Shown: in pieces, positions 1-8,009 of the stretch
Layout: each line of letters starts with the position of its first letter
How positions within the stretch are numbered: position 1 is the stretch's first letter
Assembly (NCBI GenBank): GCA_964484385.1
Contig: CAZAFV010000007.1
Location: forward strand, 1,328-65,327
Source of the DNA: an uncultured Acidimicrobiales bacterium
GTDB lineage: Bacteria > Actinomycetota > Acidimicrobiia > Acidimicrobiales > Poriferisodalaceae
Reading direction: 5' to 3'
Length of the DNA stretch: 64,000 nt
Position numbers and translations under genes: made by a program
The notes under the pieces: model-generated
What the model saw: the letters and a program-made list of their open reading frames with translations, nothing else
What the model was told of the DNA's origin: nothing
Database searches by the model: none

Positions 1-1
1 G

Positions 2-1078
2 CTGATCGAACGCGGCTACGACGTGACCATCCTGCACACCGGACGGCACCAGACCGAGCTGATCGGCCCCGAGGTCCGCCGCATCTACACCGACCCCTTC
101 GACGGCGAGGCCACCGCCGCAGCGCTTGGCGGCGAGTCGTTCGATCTCGTCGTGGCCATGTACGGGCGTTTGCGAATGCTGGCGCCGCTGCTGGCGGGAC
201 GCTGCGGCCATTTCGTGTCGATCGGCGGTGTTGGGGTGTACCGGGGCTTCGGCAGCCCCGACGACCTGTTCCCGCTCGGCATGCCGGTGCCGCTGCCGTA
301 CGGCGCGCCGCTGGTCGGCGACGGCGAGGAGTTCCGCAAGCTGCGGATGATTCGGGTCACTGAAGAGGCCGTTTTCGAGCACCACCCCAGTGCGATCCAC
401 CTGCGCTATCCCCAGCTCTACGGACCACGCCAGCCACTGCCACGTGAGTGGCCGCTGGTGCGCAGGGCACTCGACCGGCGGCCTCACCTCGTGGTGGCCG
501 ATGGGGGCTTGACGGTGAAGAGCCAGGGATGGATCGGCAATGCTGCGCACGCCACGCTGCTGGCGTGCGATGCGCCTGCCGCCGCGCTCGGCGGCATCTA
601 CAACGTCGCCGATTCGTCAGCGCTGTCAATCGCCCAGATCGCTGAAGTCATCGCGGACGAGCTCGGCCACAGCTGGGAGCTGGTGTCGCTCCCCTACGAG
701 CTGGCGGCACCGGCACGCCCGCTGGTGGGCAGCTGGTCCACCACGCACCGGCTGCTCGACATCGGTCCGACGGTGCGGGATCTCGGCTACCACGACGTGC
801 TGGCGCCCGTCGATGCGTGGCGGGCCGCCACCCGCTGGCTGGTTGAGAATCCGCCCGAACGCGGCGGAGCGCTCGAGCAGCGACTCGGCGATCCCTTCGA
901 CTACGACACCGAGGACCGACTGGTGGCGGCTTGGAATGACGCACGTTCTGGGTTCGAGACAGTCCTGAAGGGCATCGAGTGGTCGAGCGAGCCCAACTAC
1001 GGCAGCGCCTATGTCGGCAACCGCCCAAACCCTGGCCTCACAGAGAAGCGCGAGAGCCTGAACGCAGTCGAGTCCTAG
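2..1078 (+). CDS. NAD-dependent epimerase/dehydratase family protein (5' end cut by window edge)
   Basis: The frame is open from base 2 (LIERGYDVTILHTGRH...) with no upstream stop, so the listed start at 23 is probably internal. The ...FDLVVAMYG...FVSIGGVGVY... pattern resembles SDR-type sugar epimerases. The Rossmann GxxGxxG motif would lie outside the window. Confidence 0.6.
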   Translation: MIERGYDVTILHTGRHQTELIGPEVRRIYTDPFDGEATAAALGGESFDLVVAMYGRLRMLAPLLAGRCGHFVSIGGVGVYRGFGSPDDLFPLGMPVPLPYGAPLVGDGEEFRKLRMIRVTEEAVFEHHPSAIHLRYPQLYGPRQPLPREWPLVRRALDRRPHLVVADGGLTVKSQGWIGNAAHATLLACDAPAAALGGIYNVADSSALSIAQIAEVIADELGHSWELVSLPYELAAPARPLVGSWSTTHRLLDIGPTVRDLGYHDVLAPVDAWRAATRWLVENPPERGGALEQRLGDPFDYDTEDRLVAAWNDARSGFETVLKGIEWSSEPNYGSAYVGNRPNPGLTEKRESLNAVES

Positions 1079-1130
1079 GCAAGTCCAGCCGCCAGCTCAC
1101 CCGATCGGCGGGAACGCCCGGCAGGGTTGT

Positions 1131-2849
1131 TCAGCGGGCTAGCGGGCCTCGCAGGAGCTGACCCGGCACGGCGCCGGTCACCTTGCCGTGCTCGGTGATG
1201 ACTTCGCCGTTGACGATGGTGGCCGCGAAGCCCGTGGCCGTTTGGCGCAGGCGCGGAGCGCCCGCCGGCAGGTCGTGCACCAGCACAGGCATGTCTGGTG
1301 ACACCGTGTCGGGATCGAACACGTTCACGTCAGCCGCCTTGCCCACTTCCAGCACGCCACGGTCGTCGAAACCCCATGCCGTCGCCGGCAGCTGCGTGAT
1401 GCGGTGCACGGCGTCTTCCAGCGTGAACTCCTGGCGGTCACGCACCCAGTGCCCCAGCAGGTGCGTCTGCAGCGACGAGTCCATGATCTGGGTGACGTGC
1501 GCCCCGCTGTCGGAAAACGTCGGGATCGCCCGGGGATGCTTCAGCAGTTTCAGCACCAAGTCCTGGTCTTGGTTGGCGAGGGCCTGGACGAAGAACATCT
1601 CCAAGTCGCTGTCGAGCGCAAGATCGACGAACGCTTCCATCGGCGTCGTACCACGCTCGGCAGCGATCACGTCCATCGTGCGGAACGGCGGCAGCGGCTG
1701 CGTCAACGGGTAGATGTGCGACCAGATCGGCTTGCGGGCTTCGGGCCCGAGGGCCCTCCCGTAGTCGCCATTCTCAGCCTCGTCCACCAGCCGAGCCCGG
1801 ATCTCGGGGTCTCGGAGCGCCGACCACTGCTCGCCCCGAGAGTCGGCGCGCAGCTCGCGCCACAGCGGCAGAGCATCGAACGGCAGCGAGGTCTTGAACG
1901 ACAGCAGCGTGCCCAGGCAGCGGGAATGCGCCTGCCCCCACGAAGTGCCGCCGGCGGCGTTGATGCCGTCGAGTAGCTTGATCACCGGTTTCCAGTGGTG
2001 GTCCTCGCTGGAGGGGGCGAGCATGCCGTAGGTGATCGGCACCCGGGTACGGGCGCCCAGCTCGACGATCTTGGCGACATAGGCGTCGTTCCGTTCGGGG
2101 TCGCGTGAGCGCAGATCGCCGTGATTGGCCAGCTCGAAGATGCCAGCGCCCATGACGCCCATCTCGCTGACCAGCGCATCGATCTCCGACCATTCCGCCA
2201 GGCGCGAGGCAACCGGGCGGTCATCGGCGGTCTCATGGTTGTACGAGATGGAAGTGGTGAAGCCGATGGCGCCGGCATGCAGCGAGTCGCGCAGCTGCTG
2301 CAGCATCAGCGCGAGCTCGTCGTCGTTGGCGCCGCGGTCGAACGCAGCTTCGCCCATCGCCCACGTGCGCAGCGCGGAGTGCCCGAGGTAGCCGGCGTAG
2401 TTGATGCCCTTGGGAGTTGCATCCACGAAGTCGAGGTATTCGGGGAACGTCTCCCACGTCCAGTCGATGCCTGCAGCCATGGCTTCGGCGGAGATGTCCT
2501 CGGCCCGCTCGAGATTGCGCACCACCAGGTGGCGGGCGTCGGCGCGGGCAGGTGCCAGCGTGAAGCCGCAGTTGCCCATCACCGCCGTGGTCACGCCGTG
2601 AAAGCAGGAGCTTTCGCCCATGGGATCCCAGGCGATCTGTGCGTCCATATGGGTATGCACGTCGATGAACCCGGGTGTGACCGCATGGCCCTCAGCATCG
2701 ATGGTGCGGTCGACCCGGCGGCCCGCGAGATCGCCGGGCGACTCGCCGATCTCGGCAATCACGCCGTCGGAGATGAGCACGTCGGCCCGGCGCGGCTCAG
2801 CACCCGTGCCGTCGATCAAACTCCCGCCTGAAATCAGCAGATCACCCAT
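1131..2849 (-). CDS. N-acyl-D-amino-acid deacylase (D-aminoacylase) family amidohydrolase
   Basis: 572-aa ORF. The N-terminus LISGGSLIDGTG...DVLISDGVIAEIG and the metal-binding PGFIDVHTH motif are typical of this amidohydrolase family. Confidence 0.8.
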   Translation of the reverse strand: MGDLLISGGSLIDGTGAEPRRADVLISDGVIAEIGESPGDLAGRRVDRTIDAEGHAVTPGFIDVHTHMDAQIAWDPMGESSCFHGVTTAVMGNCGFTLAPARADARHLVVRNLERAEDISAEAMAAGIDWTWETFPEYLDFVDATPKGINYAGYLGHSALRTWAMGEAAFDRGANDDELALMLQQLRDSLHAGAIGFTTSISYNHETADDRPVASRLAEWSEIDALVSEMGVMGAGIFELANHGDLRSRDPERNDAYVAKIVELGARTRVPITYGMLAPSSEDHHWKPVIKLLDGINAAGGTSWGQAHSRCLGTLLSFKTSLPFDALPLWRELRADSRGEQWSALRDPEIRARLVDEAENGDYGRALGPEARKPIWSHIYPLTQPLPPFRTMDVIAAERGTTPMEAFVDLALDSDLEMFFVQALANQDQDLVLKLLKHPRAIPTFSDSGAHVTQIMDSSLQTHLLGHWVRDRQEFTLEDAVHRITQLPATAWGFDDRGVLEVGKAADVNVFDPDTVSPDMPVLVHDLPAGAPRLRQTATGFAATIVNGEVITEHGKVTGAVPGQLLRGPLAR

Positions 2850-2977
2850 GTCGTGCCCCCGTCATCGCCGCCGCTCCCGCACGCGACCGTGCCCGCATCA
2901 GCGTACGGCAGCGGGAGGTCGGGCACCGGCGGACGCTCGGCCCCAAACGGCCCCGCGAGGCTCCCGTCCCGCCTCAT

Positions 2978-3967
2978 ATGCTGCGCGCCGTGACACTTGA
3001 AGCAGAAGCATCCCAAGTCATCGACCAGTTGAACGCCCTGGGCCGACCGTCATTCCAAGATGTCGGCTTCGAGCGTGCCCGAGCGGGCTTCGAGGAAATG
3101 CCGCCCGCTGGCGAGTTCGTCGAGGTTGCCTCCACGGAGGACCGGATGATCCCCGGCCCCGACGGCAACGAGATCGCCGTGCGCATCTACCGGCCCGGCG
3201 ACGGCGCGGCCACTGCCGACGCAAGCGGCACGCTCGGCTGCCTCGTGTATTTCCACGGCGGCGGCTGGGTGGTCGGCAGCATCGAGACCCACGACCGCAC
3301 GTGCCGGGCGCTCACGATGCTGGCCGGAGTCGTGACGGTGTCGGTGGATTACCGGCTCGCACCCGAGGATCCGTTCCCAGCGCCTGCAGACGACTGCTGC
3401 GCCGCCACGCAGTGGGTGATCGACAATGCCAGCGAGCTGAGCGTCGATCCGGCACGGGTGGCGATCGGCGGCGACAGCGCAGGTGGCAATCTCGCCGCCG
3501 CCGTAGCGCTCATGTGCCGCGACGGCGCAGCGAACGGCAACGCTTGCGGCCAGCCGGCCCTGCAGGTGCTCATCTACCCGGTCACAGATTTCGACCGCGA
3601 TACCCATTCGATGATCGCCAATGCCGAGGGCTACCTGCTGACCCGCGACACGATGGCCTGGTTCGACGATCACTACTGCGCGCCGTCCGAGCGAGCCAAT
3701 CCCTATGCGGCCCCGCTCGCGGTGGACGATCCCTCGGGCGCCGCGCCTGCCTTCGTCATCGTGGCCGGTCACGATCCGCTGCGCGACGAGGGCGTCGAAT
3801 ACGCACAGAAGCTTGCCGATGCCGGAGTGCCCACCACGCTCATCGAGTACCCGGGCCAGTTCCACGGTTTCTTCGGCATGACCCGCTTCCTGGATCAAGC
3901 ACACGAGGCGCAGGAACTCACCGCCATTGCGATGCGGCGTGCCCTCGCAGCACCCGAGGCCGACTGA
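2978..3967 (+). CDS. alpha/beta hydrolase, hormone-sensitive-lipase-type esterase
   Basis: 329-aa ORF with the oxyanion-hole motif HGGGW, the nucleophile elbow GDSAGGNLA and a C-terminal DPLRDEG...FHGF pattern. Confidence 0.85.
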   Translation: MLRAVTLEAEASQVIDQLNALGRPSFQDVGFERARAGFEEMPPAGEFVEVASTEDRMIPGPDGNEIAVRIYRPGDGAATADASGTLGCLVYFHGGGWVVGSIETHDRTCRALTMLAGVVTVSVDYRLAPEDPFPAPADDCCAATQWVIDNASELSVDPARVAIGGDSAGGNLAAAVALMCRDGAANGNACGQPALQVLIYPVTDFDRDTHSMIANAEGYLLTRDTMAWFDDHYCAPSERANPYAAPLAVDDPSGAAPAFVIVAGHDPLRDEGVEYAQKLADAGVPTTLIEYPGQFHGFFGMTRFLDQAHEAQELTAIAMRRALAAPEAD

Positions 3968-4022
3968 CCGAAACCGACCGACGAGACCCACGCAGCGCGA
4001 TCAGCGAGGAGAGACGGAAGAC

Positions 4023-4817
4023 ATGCCATTGCGAGAGAGCCATCGGGCCGGGACGCCCTCGTGGGTCGACTTGGCGACCACCGACGTGGAGGGCGCCATC
4101 GACTTCTACGGGGCGGTCATGGGCTGGGAGTACGAGCGCGACCCCACCGGCGAGATCAACTACGTCATGGCTGTTGTAGACGGGCACCCGGCCGCCGGAG
4201 TGTTCGACATGCCCCCCGAGATGCTCAGTGAAGGCGTGCCGCCGTGCTGGAACGTCTACGTCACCGTGGATGATGCCGACGAGTTCGCCGGTCAGGTTGC
4301 GGCGGCTGGCGGAGCGGTCATGCGACCGGCCATTGACGTGCCCGAGCCTGGCCCGAACGCCGCCGGCCGCATGGTCATCGCCGCCGACCCGACGGGCGCC
4401 GTGTTCTGCACGTGGGCGCCGATTACAGCGATCGGTGCGGGCATCGTGAATGCCCCGGGTGCGTTCACCTGGGCCGAGGTCGCCACGCACGACAACGAAA
4501 CCGCAGAGGCCTTCTACTGCGAGCTGTTCGGCTGGGAAGCGGGAACGATGGAAGGCGTGCCCGACTCTCCGACAGTGTTCACACTCGGCGGAGAACCGGT
4601 GGCGAGCACGTCGGTGGCACCGCCTCCCGGTGTGCCGCCGCACTGGCGGGTGAGCTTCGGGGTGGCCGACGTCGATGCCGCCTGCGCTGCGGCGACGACC
4701 AACGGCGGCAACGTGATCGTGCCGCCCTTCGACTGGGGTCCGGGCCGCATGGCCACAATTGCTGACCCCGTCGGCGCAACCTTCGATGTCGTCACCCTCA
4801 CCGACTGGCCCGAGTAG
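4023..4817 (+). CDS. VOC (glyoxalase/bleomycin-resistance/dioxygenase) family protein, two-domain
   Basis: The in-frame ATG at 4023 (MPLRESHRAGTPSWVDLATTDVEGAIDFYGAVMGWEYE) avoids overlap with the esterase gene. A second repeat follows (FTWAEVATHDNETAEAFYCELFGWEA). This is the typical duplicated VOC fold. Confidence 0.75.
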   Translation: MPLRESHRAGTPSWVDLATTDVEGAIDFYGAVMGWEYERDPTGEINYVMAVVDGHPAAGVFDMPPEMLSEGVPPCWNVYVTVDDADEFAGQVAAAGGAVMRPAIDVPEPGPNAAGRMVIAADPTGAVFCTWAPITAIGAGIVNAPGAFTWAEVATHDNETAEAFYCELFGWEAGTMEGVPDSPTVFTLGGEPVASTSVAPPPGVPPHWRVSFGVADVDAACAAATTNGGNVIVPPFDWGPGRMATIADPVGATFDVVTLTDWPE

Positions 4818-4985
4818 CGAGGTATCTCACTCGGGCAACTGGGGGCCCTGACCTAGCTCGGTAGCACGCGATCGGTCCCATGGCGATGGCCTTGTGCGCA
4901 CCACCCGTTCGACCCGCTGTCACACGGCCCCGGTACCTTGCGAGTTGTCCCCCGCCCACTACGGGCGAAGTCGCGGGAGGGTGAT

Positions 4986-7900
4986 GTGAGTCCACGAATG
5001 GCCGAACCCGCTCTCAACTCGTTCGTCGCGAGCGCTCTCGGTGATCGCCTCGGCGGTTGGACTGTCTCAGCCGAAGCAACCAAGACCTTGACGAAAGCCG
5101 GGCTTCGGCCCGACATCGTGGTCGACACCGGCGCTGCGCCGGTTGCGATTGAGACCGAGTACTTCCCCGGGCCCCAGGTCGAAGACGACGCAATCGCTCG
5201 CATCGGCGAGGCACTTTCGTCAACTGGGCGGGTGATCGAGGTAGCTGTAGCTGTGCGACTGCCGAGTGTCCTGGGCGAGATCGCCGCGGCGGAAGTTCCG
5301 GCGGCGCTGGACATGAGCAACGACTTGGAATGGTGCGTTTGGATCGAGGGCGCCAATGCCGTGCGCTTTCCCGCATCGGGCTGGCTCCAGGGTGACCTCA
5401 ACGATCTGGCCGGTTTCGTCGAAACGGTCGCCGTGTCGGAACGTCGTATCGCAGCCGCGGCCGACGCTTTTGAAGCCGGCGTTTCGCAGGCAGCTTCAAA
5501 CCTGCGTTCAAGCCTGACGGACCGCAGCGCTCAGTCCGCCCTCGACAAGATCGCCGCCGCGTTGCACCAAGACGACAGCGAGCAAACGACGCTGATGGCC
5601 GTCGCTGTGCTCGCCAATGCGCTGGTGTTTCAGTCGGCGCTCGCCGGGGTGCACGACACGCCCTCGATCGAAGAAATGAGATCGGAAAGTGGCATATTCA
5701 CGGTTGGCGCGGTGCTTGATGCGTGGCGAGAGATCCTCAAGATCAACTACTGGCCTGTGTTCGACATCGCCTCGAGGATCTTGCGGCCCACACCCGAAGG
5801 CCCGGCCCAAGAATTGCTTGCTCAATTGGCCGCTGTTGTGGCCGAGCTGTCCGGTGCTGGCGCAACGACCGTCCAAGACCTTGCCGGCCAGATGTTCGGA
5901 CGATTGATCGCGGACCGCAAGTTCCTCGCGACGTTCTACACCTTGCCCGCTTCAGCTTCGTTGCTTGCGGAACTCGCCGTGAGCCAGCTTGATGCACGCG
6001 TCGACTGGAGCGACCTGCCCAGTGTCGGCCAGCTCAGAGTGGCCGACTTCGCGTGTGGAACGGGCGCCCTCTTGTCGGCGGCATACCGCCGGATTGCCTC
6101 GCGAGTGCGTCGGGCCAACCTCACTGACGGCACCGACACCTCCAAGCGACTGCACGCGGCATTCATGGAAGACATCTTGATCGGCTGCGACATCATGCCC
6201 GCAGCCGTGCATCTGACTGCGAGCATGCTGTCGGCCGCTCATCCGGCATCGCCCTTCGGCGATACGAACATCCACCTGATGCGGTACGGCTATCCGGAAG
6301 GCGACAAGTCGAAGCCCGCCTTCATCGGGTCTCTCGAACTGCTTGGTGACGAAACCGCTCCGTCTCTCTTCGGCACAGGCCGGACGCGCGCTGGAGGCAA
6401 GGGCGACATCGAAGACACAGAATCGGGCAGTGCGGACTTTGTGATCGACGACGCCAGTATCGATCTCGCAATCCAGAACCCGCCCTTCACGCGACCCAAT
6501 GGTCCAGAAGCCGAGAAGTTAGGTGTTCCAATTCCTTCTTTCGCCGGGTTCGACACCGACGATGACGAGCAGCAGGCAATGTCAAAGCGGCTGAAGAGCC
6601 TCTACCGGGGACGGCACGAACCGGCTGCAGAAGGCAATGCGGGGTTGGCCACGAACTTCATCGATCTCGCCGACGCAAAGCTCAGGCCAGGGGGTGTTCT
6701 GGCGCTGGTGCTGCCTGCCACGGTCGTCTCCGGTGACGGCTGGCGCGCCACGCGTCATCTGTTGGCGAGGAAGTACTGCGACATCTCGATCGTGACGCTC
6801 GCGACCGGCACAGACCGCGCTTTCTCGGCGGACACTGGCATGGCTGAAGCGCTCATCATCGCAACGAAGCGCTCGAACGAAGTCTCCGTCGACGAGGGCT
6901 TTGCCGAGGACATCGACTGGGTAAGCCTGACACACCGACCGCACAACCCCGTTGAGGCAGTCGCTATGGCTCGCAGCATGACGCGCACCGCCAAGGGCTC
7001 ACAAGCCTTCGTATCCATTGGTTCGGAAGTCATTGGCTGTCGTATTCGGGCACCGCTGTCCGAGGGTGGCTGTGCGCATGCCGCCGATGCGTCGGTGCCA
7101 GCAACAGCTAGCAAGCTGCGAAGTGGGTTACTGCGGCTGCCGAGAGTGAACGAGGTCGCCGCGCCGATCACCCACCTCGGAGAATTGGGTGAGGCCGGAC
7201 CCCAGAACCGCGTCTTCGACGATGTCCGCATCCGCATCGACAGCAAGACGGGGAAGCCTCGCACCGATGCGAACGGGAATCCCATCCACAACGGGGCCTT
7301 CGATATTTCTCGAACGCTGCCGAAGGGCAAGACAGTCGACTACCCCGCTCTTTGGGCGCACGATGCCGCTTCGGGACGCGAGTCGCGCCTAATCGTCGAA
7401 CCGGATCGGGACCTTCGACCTTGGCCCGAGCATCAGGAGCGCGCCAAGGAGATCTGGCAGACGGCGACGCGTCTCCACTACAACCGAGACTTCCAGTTGA
7501 ACAGTCAGATGCTGGGTGCATCTCTGACACCACAGCGGTGCCTCGGAGGCCGCGCGTGGCCTTCGTTCGTCGTTGATGAAGAGCGATGGGAACAGCCATT
7601 GGCGCTGTGGGCCAACACCATTTTGGGCCTCGTAGGACATTGGTGGATTGGAACGCGACAACAGAACGGTCGGGCCATGTTGAGCATCCGGCTGCTGCCC
7701 GAACTGCCTGCGTTGGACTGCCGCGCCCTCACCTCAGGCCAAACGTCCGCGCTCGAACGGGTATTCACGGAATTCGAGCACCGGCAGTTTCTGCCCGCCA
7801 ACGAGGCATGGCGCGACGCAACTCGTCAGGCTCTGGACGAAGCTGTGCTGTGCGACGTGCTGGGCCTTGACCTCGCTGCAGGCGTCAGCCGAGCCGAGTA

Positions 7901-7988
7901 CTCGGAGTCACTCGATGTGCTGCGTCGAGAGTGGTGCCAGGAGCCGTCCGTCCACGGCAACAAGCCGACAGCCCCTCCGACCGGTTGA
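4986..7988 (+). CDS. large gamma-class N6-adenine DNA methyltransferase with N-terminal nuclease-like region and C-terminal specificity-like domain (type IIG/IIL, MmeI-like layout)
   Basis: FYTLPASASLLAELAV lies upstream of motif I DFACGTG (6045-6065). Motif IV is NPPF (6477-6488), and the post-motif KLRPGGVLALVLP follows. The C-terminal LALWANTILGLVGHWW...LLPELPALD resembles Eco57I/TaqI-type C-terminal domains. An N-terminal PD...IETEY string lies at 5109-5159. A GTG at 4986 sits 5 nt after GGGAGG; the alternative start is ATG 4998. Confidence 0.8.
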   Translation: MSPRMAEPALNSFVASALGDRLGGWTVSAEATKTLTKAGLRPDIVVDTGAAPVAIETEYFPGPQVEDDAIARIGEALSSTGRVIEVAVAVRLPSVLGEIAAAEVPAALDMSNDLEWCVWIEGANAVRFPASGWLQGDLNDLAGFVETVAVSERRIAAAADAFEAGVSQAASNLRSSLTDRSAQSALDKIAAALHQDDSEQTTLMAVAVLANALVFQSALAGVHDTPSIEEMRSESGIFTVGAVLDAWREILKINYWPVFDIASRILRPTPEGPAQELLAQLAAVVAELSGAGATTVQDLAGQMFGRLIADRKFLATFYTLPASASLLAELAVSQLDARVDWSDLPSVGQLRVADFACGTGALLSAAYRRIASRVRRANLTDGTDTSKRLHAAFMEDILIGCDIMPAAVHLTASMLSAAHPASPFGDTNIHLMRYGYPEGDKSKPAFIGSLELLGDETAPSLFGTGRTRAGGKGDIEDTESGSADFVIDDASIDLAIQNPPFTRPNGPEAEKLGVPIPSFAGFDTDDDEQQAMSKRLKSLYRGRHEPAAEGNAGLATNFIDLADAKLRPGGVLALVLPATVVSGDGWRATRHLLARKYCDISIVTLATGTDRAFSADTGMAEALIIATKRSNEVSVDEGFAEDIDWVSLTHRPHNPVEAVAMARSMTRTAKGSQAFVSIGSEVIGCRIRAPLSEGGCAHAADASVPATASKLRSGLLRLPRVNEVAAPITHLGELGEAGPQNRVFDDVRIRIDSKTGKPRTDANGNPIHNGAFDISRTLPKGKTVDYPALWAHDAASGRESRLIVEPDRDLRPWPEHQERAKEIWQTATRLHYNRDFQLNSQMLGASLTPQRCLGGRAWPSFVVDEERWEQPLALWANTILGLVGHWWIGTRQQNGRAMLSIRLLPELPALDCRALTSGQTSALERVFTEFEHRQFLPANEAWRDATRQALDEAVLCDVLGLDLAAGVSRAEYSESLDVLRREWCQEPSVHGNKPTAPPTG

Positions 7989-8009
7989 TCGGCCAGCCTC
8001 GCTGCTTCG

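Noticed and set aside
3927-4022. N-terminal extensions of the listed ORFs: 3927 for the VOC gene, 54096 for the sucrase-ferredoxin-like gene, 47524 for hen1, 48956 for pnkp and 30205 for coxD.
   Set aside because: The extensions overlap the preceding gene and are Arg/Pro-rich. Internal ATG or GTG codons give family-typical N-termini.
4808-4836. Hairpin GCCCGAGT-13 nt-ACTCGGGC overlapping the stop of the VOC gene, considered as an intrinsic terminator.
   Set aside because: The loop is large and there is no downstream T-tract. The evidence is too weak to call.
4818-4985. Possible tRNA or att site at the left border of the island. The strings tagctcggtagcac and cgttcgacc look vaguely like D-arm and T-loop sequences.
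   Set aside because: I could not fold a cloverleaf on either strand, because the stems are not complementary. I also found no direct repeat of this stretch at the right border.
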